Of a DNA stretch of 64,000 nucleotides, positions 1 to 13,799 are shown one piece after another (within the stretch, counting starts at the first letter, position 1; every line of letters begins with the position of its first letter). The translations under genes were made by a program, and so were the position numbers. The stretch comes from Octopus vulgaris (Eukaryota). The stretch covers positions 68,572,001 through 68,636,000 of the forward strand of contig OX597820.1 of the NCBI GenBank assembly GCA_951406725.2, written 5' to 3'. Below the pieces are notes generated by a model. That model worked only from the letters and a program-made list of their open reading frames with translations, did not search any database and was not told where the DNA came from.

Positions 1-519
1 GTAGAACCTGATAAAGCTGTTAAAAAATTTAAAACATCCGATTTGTGACCATCTCGTCTATCTGGGTACCATGGAATGGCTAATAATTGTGACCTTGTAG
101 ACATTTAAGACGATAAGGTGTGATTTGAAGGACCTAGATTGCCATTTCCAGACGAACAGGTGAACATGAAGAGGATCCGTCTTTGGTTTGTGTATGCGTA
201 TACTGCATGGTTGTGCGAGAGGAAAATTAATTTGTCGTAGGATTCAGATAGGCTAAATCTGCAAAACAGAAATTCTTACAGAGTTGCAAACATTTGGATC
301 AATTCGTCTGTCCATGAAAACATTTTTGTTATAAGTTATAGACGCTCGAAAAAGGAGTTAAGGCTGATGATGTGACCTCTAAGTAGGCCACTGAATCAGT
401 CTTTGACCACTTCTTGAGTTCATGATTTACTTTGAAAGTGTCCCCACCATAATCAGATAAAGTTACTTACAACTTATCTAACTTTTCAATTCATCAACTC
501 CGAACAATATTTTGATTTC

Positions 520-678
520 AAATTTTGTTACAAGCGGTTACTTATTTTATTGACCTCGAAAAGATGAAAGTAAAGTTGACCTCGGCGGCTTTTAAACTAA
601 AAAAAACCCTAAAGATACACAAAATACCGCAAAGCATTTTCCTGGTGCAGTAATGCTTCTTCCGGCTCGCTGCTTTAC
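520..678 (-). mobile_element. SINE family B, degenerate copy
   Basis: Reverse complement matches the 33214-33432 copy (ccgaggtcaacttt...tcgaggtcaataaaataagt). Confidence 0.6.
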
Positions 679-2007
679 TTCAAATTGAGATATTAATGAT
701 TAATTATAACACCTATCTGCATTTAGTTTCATTAAATTATTTTCGGATAAGAACACTCTTTGGTATCCAGTTAAAATTAGTTCAGCTAAAATCAATAAAA
801 TGAGTTCAATGGAATAACAGAATAAAAAAACAACTATACTAATGCCCCACAAATAATTAGCCTGGTACCAGTGTAAGAATGATTATTTCGAAAGAAACAA
901 AAACGAGTTATTATTTTTTTTGTGACTAAATTGTTTTACCCGTTTAACTGTAGTACATTTGAAGATTCCATTGGAAAAATATAAACCTAACTTTAAAATC
1001 AGACCTAATTCTATTTAATCTGAAACGACTGTTTTCAGTTAAAGCGACGTATTCTTTGCTTTTTTTGTAGAATAGTTTTGAAGATTTTATTCAGGGATAG
1101 GCAACGCTGATGTCTGTTTACAGTGGAATTATAAGAAAAACATCCATTCTGGTAAATGACGAATACTTAAGATGATGGGCAGATTGTTCACAGGGGAAAG
1201 AAAAACTAGAAAAATAAAGAATAACGAGAAGCAATGAGGCAAAATAAAAATAATTAAATATACGATACAGCAAAACTAAAACTAATTTCTTCGAGATGTC
1301 AGAGTTTAAAACTTACGTCAAAACTTCAATCCCCCTCGGGCAAATATTAAAGAAGAAAAATATTCCTTATATTTACGAAGGGTTTACCTTCATGCCGCTG
1401 AGAACATTATCCCCAACTCTCTGTTTCTTTTTCCTTTTGCATTTGTTTTGCAACTTAAAAGTCGAGGAAATGTGAAATATTTTCGCTATGTTTTAGCAAA
1501 TTACTTGTTTTGTACTCGATGACATTTGATGCCGTCACGCATCATCATTGCCTCAGAATTTATTCTGAGAAGAGTTGCCAGAGGAGGAGAAAAATGACTC
1601 CTTTTGCTAATACATGAATTTATCTATACAGATTGTGATGTAAACATGAGTTTGTCGAATAAGTGAACGAAATAGCAAAGCAAAAATAAAAAGAATATGA
1701 GAGAAAATATATGTGAAAAGTTTGACAATATTTTATTTATTTATATATTTTCTGTCTCTCTCTTTTATGTGAATGAATATATAAATATAAATCTTAAACT
1801 AACAGAATAAACAAATAATTTGTTTCCTGAACGCAAAAAATATTTGCATTTTCTACTTTCGCCATTTAACTTGATACATAGGTGCACATAAACAAAGAAA
1901 CGCGCACGCATACCCTCATACGCGCACACACACACACATATACACACATACACACTCATACACACGAACACATACACGGGAACATTCCAAACATATATAC
2001 TTTCAAG

Positions 2008-2063
2008 GAGTCTGGTCACTCGATCTGCTAGGAATTCCTGACAAACTTTCCTCCTACACAAAG
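2008..2063 (+). CDS. Candidate 56-nt internal coding exon (GVWSLDLLGIPDKLSSYTK)
   Basis: tactttcaag acceptor and AAG|gtatga donor, with an open phase-1 frame in non-repeat sequence. No recognised homology. Confidence 0.25.
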
Positions 2064-2435
2064 GTATGAAATATTGTCTATTATAATCCTCAATATCAAT
2101 TTAAGTGGGATGTTTATGGCTGGAATGGTGATTTTGAAAACAAGCTTGTTCGACTTATGTTGATTTCTAAAAATCAAATAGATTTATATAATATAAGATT
2201 ATTTTTACTTCTTTTTCCTATTGACTTTCCATGGCTTTCTTCCTTTTTTTTAGTTCGTTTCGTTTATCTGTCTGCCTGATTGTCTACTTCTATCCCTGTA
2301 TAGATAGAGAATAAAAAACAAGAATAATTATTATTATAATTATAAAAAAAACAAGAATAAATGTAATTGAAAATCTATTAATAAAACAGAATGTTTCGAA
2401 GAAAATCGTTTCTCCTTTGTATACATACATACATA

Positions 2436-2490
<55 letters not shown>

Positions 2491-2999
2491 TCACACTCAC
2501 AATCCTATATACATACATGAACGCTCGCATACATACACATACATACAGAGACATATATAAATATAATACTATAGACTAATGGGCGAAATTGCCTTCAGAG
2601 TCAGTCTACAACAGAAGAAATAATTCGGTGGCCTGGGTTATAGTTTACCTTGTGTAATTTATTCTTTAGTCTTTGATTAATCTGAATTCTATTTGTGCAT
2701 GTATAAACTTATATGCAGGAATATACATGAAAATATATGGTATACACACGCACATACGCATACACACACATATGTATGTATATGTACACACACATGTATG
2801 TATATATATGTGTGTGTGAGCATATGGGCATACGCACAGACACACAAACACACGTACCCACACACACTCATACACACACACAAATATATAGATATGCATG
2901 TGCGCATATTTAGGTGTGGACGCATGTTTGTGTGTGTGTGTGTGATTTTGTTTAAATTTATTCCATTAATTTTAATGAATGCAAGATAGAGAATGCTGT

Positions 3000-3330
3000 A
3001 TTAGTTATAGTGTGAAAATATATTTATGGCCAGAATACACACCTATATTTTTCCTTCTACGTGTTCATGAAATCATGTGGAAGCTTAGAGATTGACAGTA
3101 GCCAATAGCCCAATATAAATTATTATTATTTTGCATATAGCTTGCACAAACGGACACATTTTTCATTAGTTGTCGACTGGGGATCTCAAGTATTTCTTCG
3201 CCTAACGACTTTATCGTCCCTTCCAGTGGTATCAAGTGGTAGTGATACAATGAGAGAATACCCGTGTTATATGGGTCACGCAATTATTTCAATCCTCGGT
3301 GTTGCCAACTTAGCATGCTACATGTAATTA
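3000..3330 (-). pseudogene. Highly decayed Gypsy-type integrase relic
   Basis: Frame-broken pieces ILSLYHYHL..TIKSL, KCVRLCKL, FHMIS and SGHKYIFTL resemble the zinc-binding domain and the start of the integrase core. Confidence 0.3.
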
Positions 3331-3991
3331 TATTCATCACAAACAAGTATCAAATATTGTGCTTCACTTCTCAGTGATGATTTGCAAATCTCTCTGTGGT
3401 TTAACTCTTACGTACATGTGAGGAAGCATTTAAAAACAGTCTTTCTGGAAACAGGTTCTATTTAGATTCAGTTTTAACCAGATATGTCACGACAGAGCTA
3501 GCCACAAACTCACAGCATTTAACCGAAACTGGATGCAACTTACACGTTTTTCTCGTGCATTACGCGATTCTTACTTTTTTACATTTAAGGTGATTTTACA
3601 CGATGGGCTTCTTTTAGTTTCCCTCTTTTTCTCTCACGAGGTTTCGGTCGGTCTGGAGGCATAGTGAAGTGCCATAGAGTAGAAATGAACTCTAAAGCTT
3701 TCAGCTGAAAATGCTTCTGCTTTAAATAATTCTATTTATTAACAGTATAGGTACTTTGACATGCTGAATGTTTTAGAAGAGACAAAACATAATCACTATG
3801 CCTTGATGGCATCAGTTCTGGTAAACTTGTAGCGAGACAAATGGGATGACAGGTGGTGTTTTGATACATCGCTGTTTGTTACGAATTTAAATCCTACTGA
3901 GGTCACCTTGGCTTTTCATCCTTATGCACAGAACGTCATGAGAAGTAGCAATACATTTAGGGCAATATAAATCAACTTTCTAAAAACTTCT

Positions 3992-4175
3992 GCGGGAGTG
4001 GCTATGTGGTAAGTAGCTTGCTAACCAACCACATGGTTCAGGGTTCAGTCCCACTGCGTGGCATCTTGGGCAAGTGTCTTCTGCTATAGCCCCGGGCCGA
4101 CCAATGCCTTGTGAGTGGATTTGGTAGACGGAAACTGAAAGAAGCCTGTCGTATATATGTATATATATAAGTATA
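3992..4175 (+). mobile_element. SINE family A, 5' half (tRNA-derived head plus CORE-like segment)
   Basis: A box TGGCTATGTGG, B box GGTTCAGTCCC and CORE-like CTTGGGCAAGTGTCTT, then the internal microsatellite. Matches other copies at 48480-48945 and 57203-57582. Confidence 0.85.
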
Positions 4176-4812
4176 CTAGCAGTATCGCCCGGCGTTGCTC
4201 GGGTTTGTAAGGGAAATAACTATATAAGCATTTTTAGAGAGTTATAGCAAAAAAATAGCAAAAAATGCATTAAAAATGGAAAAAATATGATGGTAAATTT
4301 TTTTTTAAATCGTTGACTCATCGTAGACATTTTTAGAGAGTTACTTCCCTTATATAATAGCGAAAAAATGCATTAAAATGGAAAAAAAACGATGGTAAAT
4401 TTTTTTTTAAATCGTAGACTCATGTAGACGCTTTCTTAGCCATTTCTGTTTTGGTGTCTTCAAGCCATGAAGTCGTTGTTCTAAAAGAACACTGGTCTCC
4501 TTGACAACGCATTACGACGTTGATTTCCTTACACTCCCTTCCCCACAGGTGCAGGTGTGAGCGTGGACGCCAACTCCGCCGCCATCGACACACGAAAAAT
4601 TATGCATTAAAATGGAATAAAAAATGATGTTAAATTATTTTTAAAATCGTAGACTCATCGTAGACGCGCGCTAATATTCAGACGGGCTCGATATGAATCA
4701 CGACTATAAGCTACCCGAATTTGGTTAAACTGTACCGCAAAATGTGGGAGTAGTTAGGAATCTAAATCGAAGGGGACAGACACTCACACAACTACAGTTT
4801 TATATATATAGA
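4176..4812 (-). mobile_element. Non-autonomous Helitron
   Basis: Minus strand starts a|TCTATATATATAAAA and ends with hairpin CCCGAGCAACGCCGGG then CTAG|t. Three internal subrepeats (aaatgcattaaaatgga...aatcgtagactcat). Confidence 0.85.
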
Positions 4813-4829
4813 TATACATAGCGCAGTAG

Positions 4830-5185
4830 TGGTGAGATATGACAGCAAAGAAAAGCATACATTCACTCTCTGCATGCAATTAGACTCGGAAAGTTCGTGA
4901 GGAACCCATTGACCCAATTTGCTGACTTTTCCGATAGCACACAGGTGTCAATGAATGGTTGAATGACCAAATCCAAGCTTCTCTGCTAGTTCCTCAACAG
5001 TTACGATGATATTTTGTTCCACCAGGGTTTTCAGGATGTCCTTGTCGAGTTCTACAGATCTTTCAGGATGAGGCTCGTCTTCTAGGCTGTAGTTTATGGC
5101 TCGGGATTTCTGGAACCACCATTGACACTGCCTTACGCTTATTGTCCAATCCCCATATACTGCATTAATATTTCTTGTACTTTGC
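4830..5185 (-). mobile_element. Mariner transposase N-terminal fragment
   Basis: INAVYGD..SVRQCQWWFQK..SLEDEPHPER..TVEELAEKLG..HSTI followed by GQWVPHEL: mariner HTH and WVPHEL motifs. Confidence 0.85.
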
Positions 5186-5247
5186 ACACATTTATATTCT
5201 GTTATTCTTTTATATGTTTCAGCCTTGAGGTTGTGGCCATGCTGGAT

Positions 5248-5291
<44 letters not shown>

Positions 5292-5518
5292 TATCTGTCT
5301 GTCTGTCTGTATGTATATATGTATATGTATGTGTGTGAACAATAATATTTTCAACAGATGTGTTGCAAATGTATCTGATTGTTCTCAAGCTTCAATACTG
5401 TGTGTGTGTGTTTGTGTGTGTGTGTATGTATGTATGTATATGTATGTATGTATGTATATGTATGTATGTATGTATGTGTGTATGTATGTATGTGTGTGTG
5501 TATGTATGTGTGTGTGTA

Positions 5519-5580
<62 letters not shown>

Positions 5581-5689
5581 TCTATGAGTGTATGTTTACT
5601 TTATTACTAATTACTCTCTTCCAAGAACATTTTCACTCACTCTTAGCTCTTAGCTTCCCATACATTTTACTCATATATCTATCAGCGTC

Positions 5690-6008
5690 ATAGACAGAAT
5701 ACTTTCACTTTAGTCTTCCTCAAATCACTGTCGCTATTTACTTTCATTTTATTCGTTGCCCACTGTGTGTGTGCGTTTGCGTGTGGTGTAAACCAGACTA
5801 AGAAAAGCATTTGACACACACACCAGAATGTGAGTTTTCTGTAAATTTTGCTTAATTGGAGTTTAAATTTTAAAAACTGGACCTGGCATGACGCGATGCA
5901 TTGTACTCTCAAAAATGCCAGGTAAATTGTAATTGAAGAAATCCTATATTGTAGATTTGTATAACTCCCAAAGGGAGGCAGATAAAATCTGCCTTTTATA
6001 ATAAGAGA
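5690..6008 (-). mobile_element. Second Helitron 5' end (3'-truncated)
   Basis: Minus strand a|TCTCTTATTATAAAAGGCAG resembles a Helitron 5' terminus and lies exactly where the SINE resumes. Confidence 0.55.
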
Positions 6009-6240
6009 TGTATGTATGTGTATGTGTTTGTGAGTCTGTTTTTGTACTCCTAGCATTGCTTGACAAACGATGCTGGTGTGTTTACCTCCCCGTAAATTAG
6101 CGGTTCGGCATAAGAGACCGATAGAATAAGTACTGGGCTTCCAAAGAATAAGTCCCGGGGTCGATTTGCTCGACTAAAGGCGGTGCTCCAGCATGGCCGC
6201 AGTCAAATGACTGAAACATGTAAAAGAGTAAAAGAGAGAG
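6009..6240 (+). mobile_element. SINE family A, 3' half
   Basis: cttgacaaacgatgctggtgtgttt...GGCGGTGCTCCAGCATGGCCGCAGTCAAATGACTGAAAC followed by (taaaagag)n; matches 57203-57390. Confidence 0.85.
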
Positions 6241-8082
6241 TATATCAGCGTTAGAAATGGATATACACAAAGATATGAACATTTTCGGTTTTTATAAATC
6301 ATTTTCTTAATACATTTGAAACTGATTTAATTCATTTAAGACACACTCAATAAACTTTTCTGAAGGTAAATGTTGAATTAAAGACGGATTAGTGACAAAT
6401 AATTCTCTTTTTGTTACTATAAAAAATTTAACTACTTAAATCTGGTATTGTATTTCATTTCGTTCTGCTTACTAAAACCTAGTTTAACTTTTTGTTTTCA
6501 CATTCTCCTGGATTCAGTATGTGTAGAATAACAAATAGAACAAAATGCATTGATCAGAATAATTACAGTATTAAACATTGTAACTACAGTCAGAAGCAGA
6601 AGAATAACAATCTCGTTATGTCTTCTGTACTTTCTCGTGAAGAGTTTCCATTCGTGTTAGATAACATCATCTTTTGGTTTCGCATCCAGCATTCCACAAC
6701 CTAAAATTCTTCGTTCATATATAACTTATATATAAAGAAAATAGTAAATAAATAAATTATGCAAGTAAATATATTACGTTATACATCATGATCAACAGTA
6801 AGATACGTCTGAATGTTATTTTAAAAGCAGAGAAAATTTCGCGTCTTTTCACTTAATGTTTTTCCTATTTTGCTTATTTGTTTCAACTTTTCAGCTTGTA
6901 AGCTTTTGTTTTCGATTGCATGAGAAATTCAATTTTGACACGCTAAACATAGCTTGTGGTTACAGATAATCAAAATATAAATTCATCTGGTTTTGAAGCC
7001 AAAAACCTCCATAATATTTAGATTGGTCAGGCTGCAAAAATAAATCGATGGCGGGTTTTTTGGAAGACAAGAAAACATATTTAACCGTAAGCTATTCACA
7101 AACTCCTACTGACATCAATGGCAGACGAGAAATATAATCGTCTCACATATTCGATATGTGACACTAACTTTAGATGTTATCGTCTTCTGAGAGTGTTAAA
7201 CCGAACATGATGTATAGAGGTGGCCCAGAGCATTAGAAATATTGAAGGCACTAATTTTAACTCGTGAGCATACTGTCTAATGACATTGTCCGGTATCAGT
7301 TTTGCTTATCATTACTGTGTGTGAAATGCAGCACACATAATCAGTTGCAATCTTTGCACAATTACTGTGAATGTAACGTTGAGTGGAGATATTATTTACC
7401 TTTCTTTTGCTGATGCAAATTAGACTACCATGCTTATTCCATGTCGTTCAGTCATACAATGAAAGCCACTTAATAGATTGATAATATGGTATCTTCATTT
7501 GTTTTCCAAATTCCTTAATCTACGAATATTTTCCACGGGGCAAATATTTACCGTCTTGAAATGATGTGATATTATTTTCTAGCTCAGCTTACATACGATG
7601 ATGAAAGCAACTTCTCGCGTATTAGTTATTTACAAGCGGCCAGTTAGCAACCAAATGAAATTGTAGTGCTAGAATGTCGTCTTGTATATTATAACGTAGG
7701 TTTTTATAATTATATAAGCCATAAACATACATATACTGCCAAGATACAGTTCAATACACTCTCACACACATTCACACGCAGACACATATACACACACTCA
7801 TACAGGTCCGAACATTTGTGTAAACGAATGAAAGGGGTCCCACATTACTTATGTAATGCATATATTACCTAATATATTTATCTGCAGATTGCTAGCAAAT
7901 GATTATACCGCGATTACCCTGAATATTACCGACATGTAAACACATGTACAATCGCTCAGGTGTCTTCATATTTATACGTATGTATGTAGGTGTGTATGCA
8001 TATGTGAATATATACGTATATATATATATATATATATGTATGTATACATAAGTATATATATATATATATATATATAAATATG

Positions 8083-8157
<75 letters not shown>

Positions 8158-8326
8158 GGAAAACCGCTCGCACACACTATAAAAAAACCTTCTTCCATAG
8201 AAGGTTAACGACATCCTGATAAAAGATGATTTTTATAACTTTTTAAAAAAATATTTGTTTTAAAAAATCCCCTATATACTTAAAAACTGTATTAAGGAAT
8301 TTTCAAAAAGTCTTTCAAATATATAC

Positions 8327-8387
<61 letters not shown>

Positions 8388-10243
8388 TATATATATATAA
8401 ATATATATAAATATATATATGTATGTGTTTTTGTGAGGAGGAGGAGAGAGAGTGTATGTGTGTGTGTATTGGTTTGTGTATTCTATGGCGCTTCTGTATT
8501 TAATCACTTAAATTCTTCTTCTTCTGAAGGAGCTGGATTCTAAGAAGGACACGAAGCTCGATCTTTGCTATCTACATAACGAAAACAACGGCACATTTTC
8601 AACTTGAGAAAAGTGTGTACAATTTTGTACGTATGTATGTATGTATGTATGTATGTATGTATGTATGTATGTATGTATGCATGTATGTATGTATGTATGT
8701 ATGTATGTATGTATACGTGTAAATTTATCGTTATGAGTTAAAATACCATCATTAATACAGTTTTGCGAGGGTAGATTGTTACCAAATAATCTAACTCCCA
8801 GAAAATATGTTTTATCCTCTCACCTAAGAGGATATAAGATTTACGAATACGATATAAATTTCTAATAACTTTGTGGATATATCTACATACCTATGCTAAT
8901 AGTGATGTATTCACTAAGCAGAATATCAACTTTAGCAACATTGAGGATTAGAGAACTTAGTCTATTCGACATTGTCGTGTTACACAACAGGTTAACTAGG
9001 GAAAGATGAATGGAAGAAATATCACTAACAGGACTAACATAGCTTAAAGTCGATGAGTAATTATTCTAATGTATTGTCTGAAAAATTCCCCGATTTTTAA
9101 TAATTTCCTATGCGTTTTGAATTAACACAAAAACTACTTTTTTTCGCATTGTGTTATAATTTTTGTAGTTCTAATATCCATTTAGATTTCTGTTTATTGT
9201 TCTTTTGAAAAAAGTTGAAAGAATTTACGACAATCCAATATTTAATTTGGAGCCCTACTGTTTCTAACATCCAACAGAGATTTTGTGATGTGAATGTATC
9301 ACACCTGAAACCTGGTTTCATGGGATAAAATTTACAACATTCCTCACAGCACTCTTACCAGAAGCATCTGTACGGAGAGATAACGAAGACAATCATTATA
9401 TACACAAAAATACGGTTGATTGCCGTGTTGTAATGTATCACACATTTATGGATCATGGTTTTTCTAAGCTAGGTAACTTGAGGCAATGATTAAGTTAAAA
9501 AGGATTTCGGTAACTGGGCACTACAGGTACAACATCGACATTCCAGACATTGATGGTTCGGAACCGCGTATAATCCGGAGAGACACTTCAAATACCTACA
9601 GCCGCCATATTAGTTTACTAACTTTGCACAATATAGTATCAACAAGAGTCTATCATTTATATTAATATACAGGTATCTGCATGTGAATTAATTATTTAAC
9701 TGAAATTAATATAGTTTAATTTAGAGAATGGTGACAAAGTGACCACGCATGGTTCGGAAAAAATCAGTTCTTCGGAGAGATTTATGAATTAAATCTTCGT
9801 GTACATATACTAGCCTTATGTTAAGAACTAGTTACTTTCTTCCACATGATCAATACGAAGAATTGCAAATCACCTCTACATGATACATAATATCAGAAGC
9901 ATTAAGATATCTATTCTTCCAAAGGAATCCCGTATAATGAAACCGAATTAAAATATAAAGCATTAAAATTAAAATTAAATCAAATGTATATTGATTTATT
10001 GAATCACTAAATAATTTAAAATCATTATCTAATTTCTTTTGAAAAATACCAATAGATTTGGAAATGTACGGAAAATAAAAGCAATTTAGGAAAGATTAAA
10101 TTATTAGATTTATTTGATGGTTGAACTAATATATTCTTTTCTATGTGATTCGACGATTTTGTATTCAGTTTATTAAAATGTATGAAAGCAACAGTCTTTG
10201 CTCCGAGGGTTTTGTAAACTTCTCATATATGTGTATATGTATG

Positions 10244-10354
<111 letters not shown>

Positions 10355-10434
10355 TATATGTAGATACATATATACCTATTTATATATATATTTGTGCGTA
10401 TACTTGATGGATTTTAAACATTCTCATTATATAT

Positions 10435-10863
10435 ATCCTTAAAATCCTTAAATCCTTAAAAATGTTTTAGCCCGAAGGCCGCGGCCATGCTGGGGCACCA
10501 CCGCTGAATGAGCTACACTAGTTTGTGAATCCACCTCTGATACGTGGCACTTGATCAACAAGGGAGTTCGATGCTGCTGCCCGCATCCGCGTCTCCTATC
10601 GTGAGGTAGGTTCATCTGGGACTCCCAACAAGAAGAGATCCAGTTTAGTTTTAAAGAAACCCACATCCACACCATGTAAGTCTCTCAGGCATTTAGGGAG
10701 GATGTTAAAGAGCTGTGGTCCTCTGAAACCCAAGCTGTTGCAGTATCTGGACCTGTATTTTGATGGTGATGTTGGAATCCTTGGCACCACGCAGCGGCGC
10801 CCGTTCTGCGGTTGGGGTAACTTTGAATGCCAAAGTTTAGGACAAGACCCTCCAGGATTTTCC

Positions 10864-10865
<2 letters not shown>
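10435..10865 (-). mobile_element. CR1-group LINE 3' fragment
   Basis: ORF2 C-terminus YCNSLGFRGPQLFNILPKCLRDLHGVDVGFFKTKLDLFLLGVPDEP, then 3' UTR and (taaggatt)n tail. Confidence 0.85.
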
Positions 10866-10923
<58 letters not shown>

Positions 10924-11250
10924 ATGTATGTATGTGTGCGTGTGTGTATGCATATACATCTCGAAAAGTAGTACTCTAGCACAAACTGTGCAATATGAAT
11001 ATATCCAAATATTGTCAGGCTGAAAAACTTGAAAATATGTGATACGTTGTTTATCAGGCATCTAAATGATTAACATTAGTTGTTAATAAAATTGGCTTGT
11101 ATCGGATGCGCAACTTCATCGCAGAAATGAAACATATTTTAAGATTTAGAAAAGTTAGTTTGTCCAACGAAATATCTCGTTGTATTTAGGCTATTTTCAT
11201 TCAGAGTTCAGATCCCAACATTAATTGATATATGTGTATAAATGTATATA

Positions 11251-12320
11251 CAGGGTGCGGTGAATAAATTGTCGTCTAAACTACGCAGATATGTTTGCCA
11301 AATTTACGTAAAAATATTTTGAAATACTAAATAGCAAATTTATTCAATAAATCGCAGTTGGCTTCAACCACGGTCTCCAGACGACTTCGGATTCTCCTGG
11401 AAATCTTCTGGACGGTCTCCTTGTTTAAACTGATGAATGCTGCCACAATCCTTGCCTTCAGTTTATCTTTGTTGTTACGAGGAATTTTGCTGGTCTTCGC
11501 TCAACTACACCCACACATAATAAACAAGTGGGGTGCAGTCTGTGGAGTAAGTTAGCCAGATGTTAGGGGTGATGTGATCGCAGAAATTGCCTGACAGCCA
11601 TGACTGGGTTCTCCTGCTTATGTGACATGGTGCAGAGTCTTGTTGCCAGACACAGTGTCTTGAAGCAGTTACCCGATTGATCCAGGGAAACACTATCTTC
11701 TATAGACACTTAGTGTAGGCCTCGGTGTTGAGTCTGAGGCCGTGTGTGAAGATGAATGGAGGCATAACTTCTCCATCACTAGTGACCATCCAAACACCAC
11801 GATGTAGATTAGATGTTTGATTTTTATCACTCTCAGTAAATGTTTTGGGGACACAGCAAGCCAACAGTATTTCTATGTATTCCCCATGTGATCCTAGCAG
11901 ATATTTTTCTCGTCTGAGAAAAACCAAAGCATGTTCGGTTGCAGGGGATGCTTGAGTTTGTTCAGAAGCTTCGTAGCGCGGCCTTTCCTCATGTATTTGA
12001 TAGCTTAGGATAAAATTGGCCCTTTCCCATCTTATATTCCCATCTTCATACACTACCTGCCTGATAAGAAACCTAGACACTCACAAATCCCAGGCGTTGT
12101 ACCTGATTGACTTGGAAGGGATCGTTATCAATCATGGCCTGGATCTTACCAAAAACTTCAGGAGTTCTTTAGTAATCAGAACGATCTGGGTGAGTTCTCC
12201 GAGTTGCCGTACATTCGTAATCAGCATTAAACTCATCCAACTCTTTCCGAATCTTCTGCTCTGTCCTCTGATCGACACTCAAACAATCCGAAATGTTCGT
12301 ACTGGAGTACGTAAACAAGA
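11251..12320 (-). mobile_element. Decayed maT/DD37D Tc1-mariner transposon
   Basis: TA|CAGGGTG terminus. WQQDSAPCH...DCTPL(V)YYVW has 37 residues between the catalytic positions; also TSDGEVMPPFIF..GLRLNTEAY. Confidence 0.85.
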
Positions 12321-12559
12321 AGAAAAAGTGGAAAACAGGTCCAGCAAACACAGAGAAAGGACCCTTCAACAGTAGCCAGCTGTCTATCTACCCCTCATGT
12401 ATTTGTATTTATCAATTAAATAATTCACAAGAAATAAATATTGGATTAGATGGTCGCTTGCTTAGTTGATAAAAAGTATATTTTCTCTTTTACAAATATT
12501 TGTTCAGGGAAAGGGTTGTACAAGAACATAATGCGTATGTGACTTATTCTTTTTTTCGT

Positions 12560-12800
12560 GTAGGTTATTGATTCCTTGCTCTTATTCGAATGCCGTTCGT
12601 TTGATTGTGGTATTGTGCTGTAGGACCAATTCCACCAAATACTGCGTTGGAAAAGTATTCTTATTCGGATTTCAATGTACAGGACAAGGTTTTGAAACAG
12701 GAGTATATTATAGTTCTAACGTTGATTGTCTTTACTGTTGAATATCTCGCGTTTTGCGTTCATGAAATCAGTAAGCAATCAGTAATTTCTCAATGAACGG
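12560..12800 (-). pseudogene. Decayed Gypsy integrase core relic
   Basis: TAQYHNQTNGI resembles T.YHPQTNG; upstream LKSE*EYFSNAVF. Confidence 0.35.
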
Positions 12801-13799
12801 GAAGAAGAGCGTTGGGAGAATAACTGACACTTAGATCTCATCTAAGCTGATTGTTTTTGAATAATTTAAAATTTCTCCTGAACAAGGTAGGAGCCCAATC
12901 AACTTAGATCGAATATATGTATCCAAGAATAAAACACATGACAACTATCGAGATATACTTGGAAGCGAAGTGTAAACGTGTATATTAAAAAAAATGCTTC
13001 CCACCTAAAAATGAAAATCATAGGTAGGAAAATCAGATTGTAGCGTATTTATTATTAATTTTAAATACTATATTGATACATTCTTGCCACGGAATGAGTT
13101 GTTATCTACTGTTCGGATTAGTATCTCACGAAAACTCACCAGTTTCGTGTCTACAAATGGGCAGGAATCTTACTACAGTAATCTTACATATTAATTATAG
13201 TCGCTATTATTATACTAACCAGCCCCTTCCTCCAAATGAAATGAACCCCCAGATATTCTACCCTTGCTCATGTTTCTACTGCATCTAGCCAAGAAAGAAA
13301 AATAATTGTTAAGGAACTCTACCATTGTTTTGTTGATTTTTGTTGTATGTTTGGTTTCAAGTGGCTTTCCCTCAAGAACCTGATAATCGAAAGCTTCTCT
13401 CCCGAAAGGCTACGATAAAAATACTTATAGAATATTTTAAAAAGTAGCGAAGAAAGCGTTGTGCATTCATTACAATATAATACAAATATAATTTACCAGA
13501 AAATAATTATTGGTATAAAAATGTCCTTAATGCCCCCCCCCCCCAAAAAAAAATACCCAACGCAAAATGATTGGAAATAAAATAGTATATTAATTAATAT
13601 TATTATCGAAAAGTGCAGCACTTCAATCCTTAAATATATGCGCTTTATCTTCTAATTCTTGTTCACCGTTTATAACGAGAGGATGATAAATCTGCATATA
13701 TTTATTTAGGTTTTTATTTTAGTATTTCACATAATGCGAAATATGTATCACTGAAATAACTGAATATGTTGTTGTGTAAGAGCGTAAGACCGATCCTTA

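Noticed and set aside
3992-4065. tRNA gene
   Set aside because: The A and B boxes belong to a SINE head; there is no complete cloverleaf or terminator.
9090-9900. Complex non-repeat sequence, possibly retroelement-derived
   Set aside because: No motif strong enough to assign.
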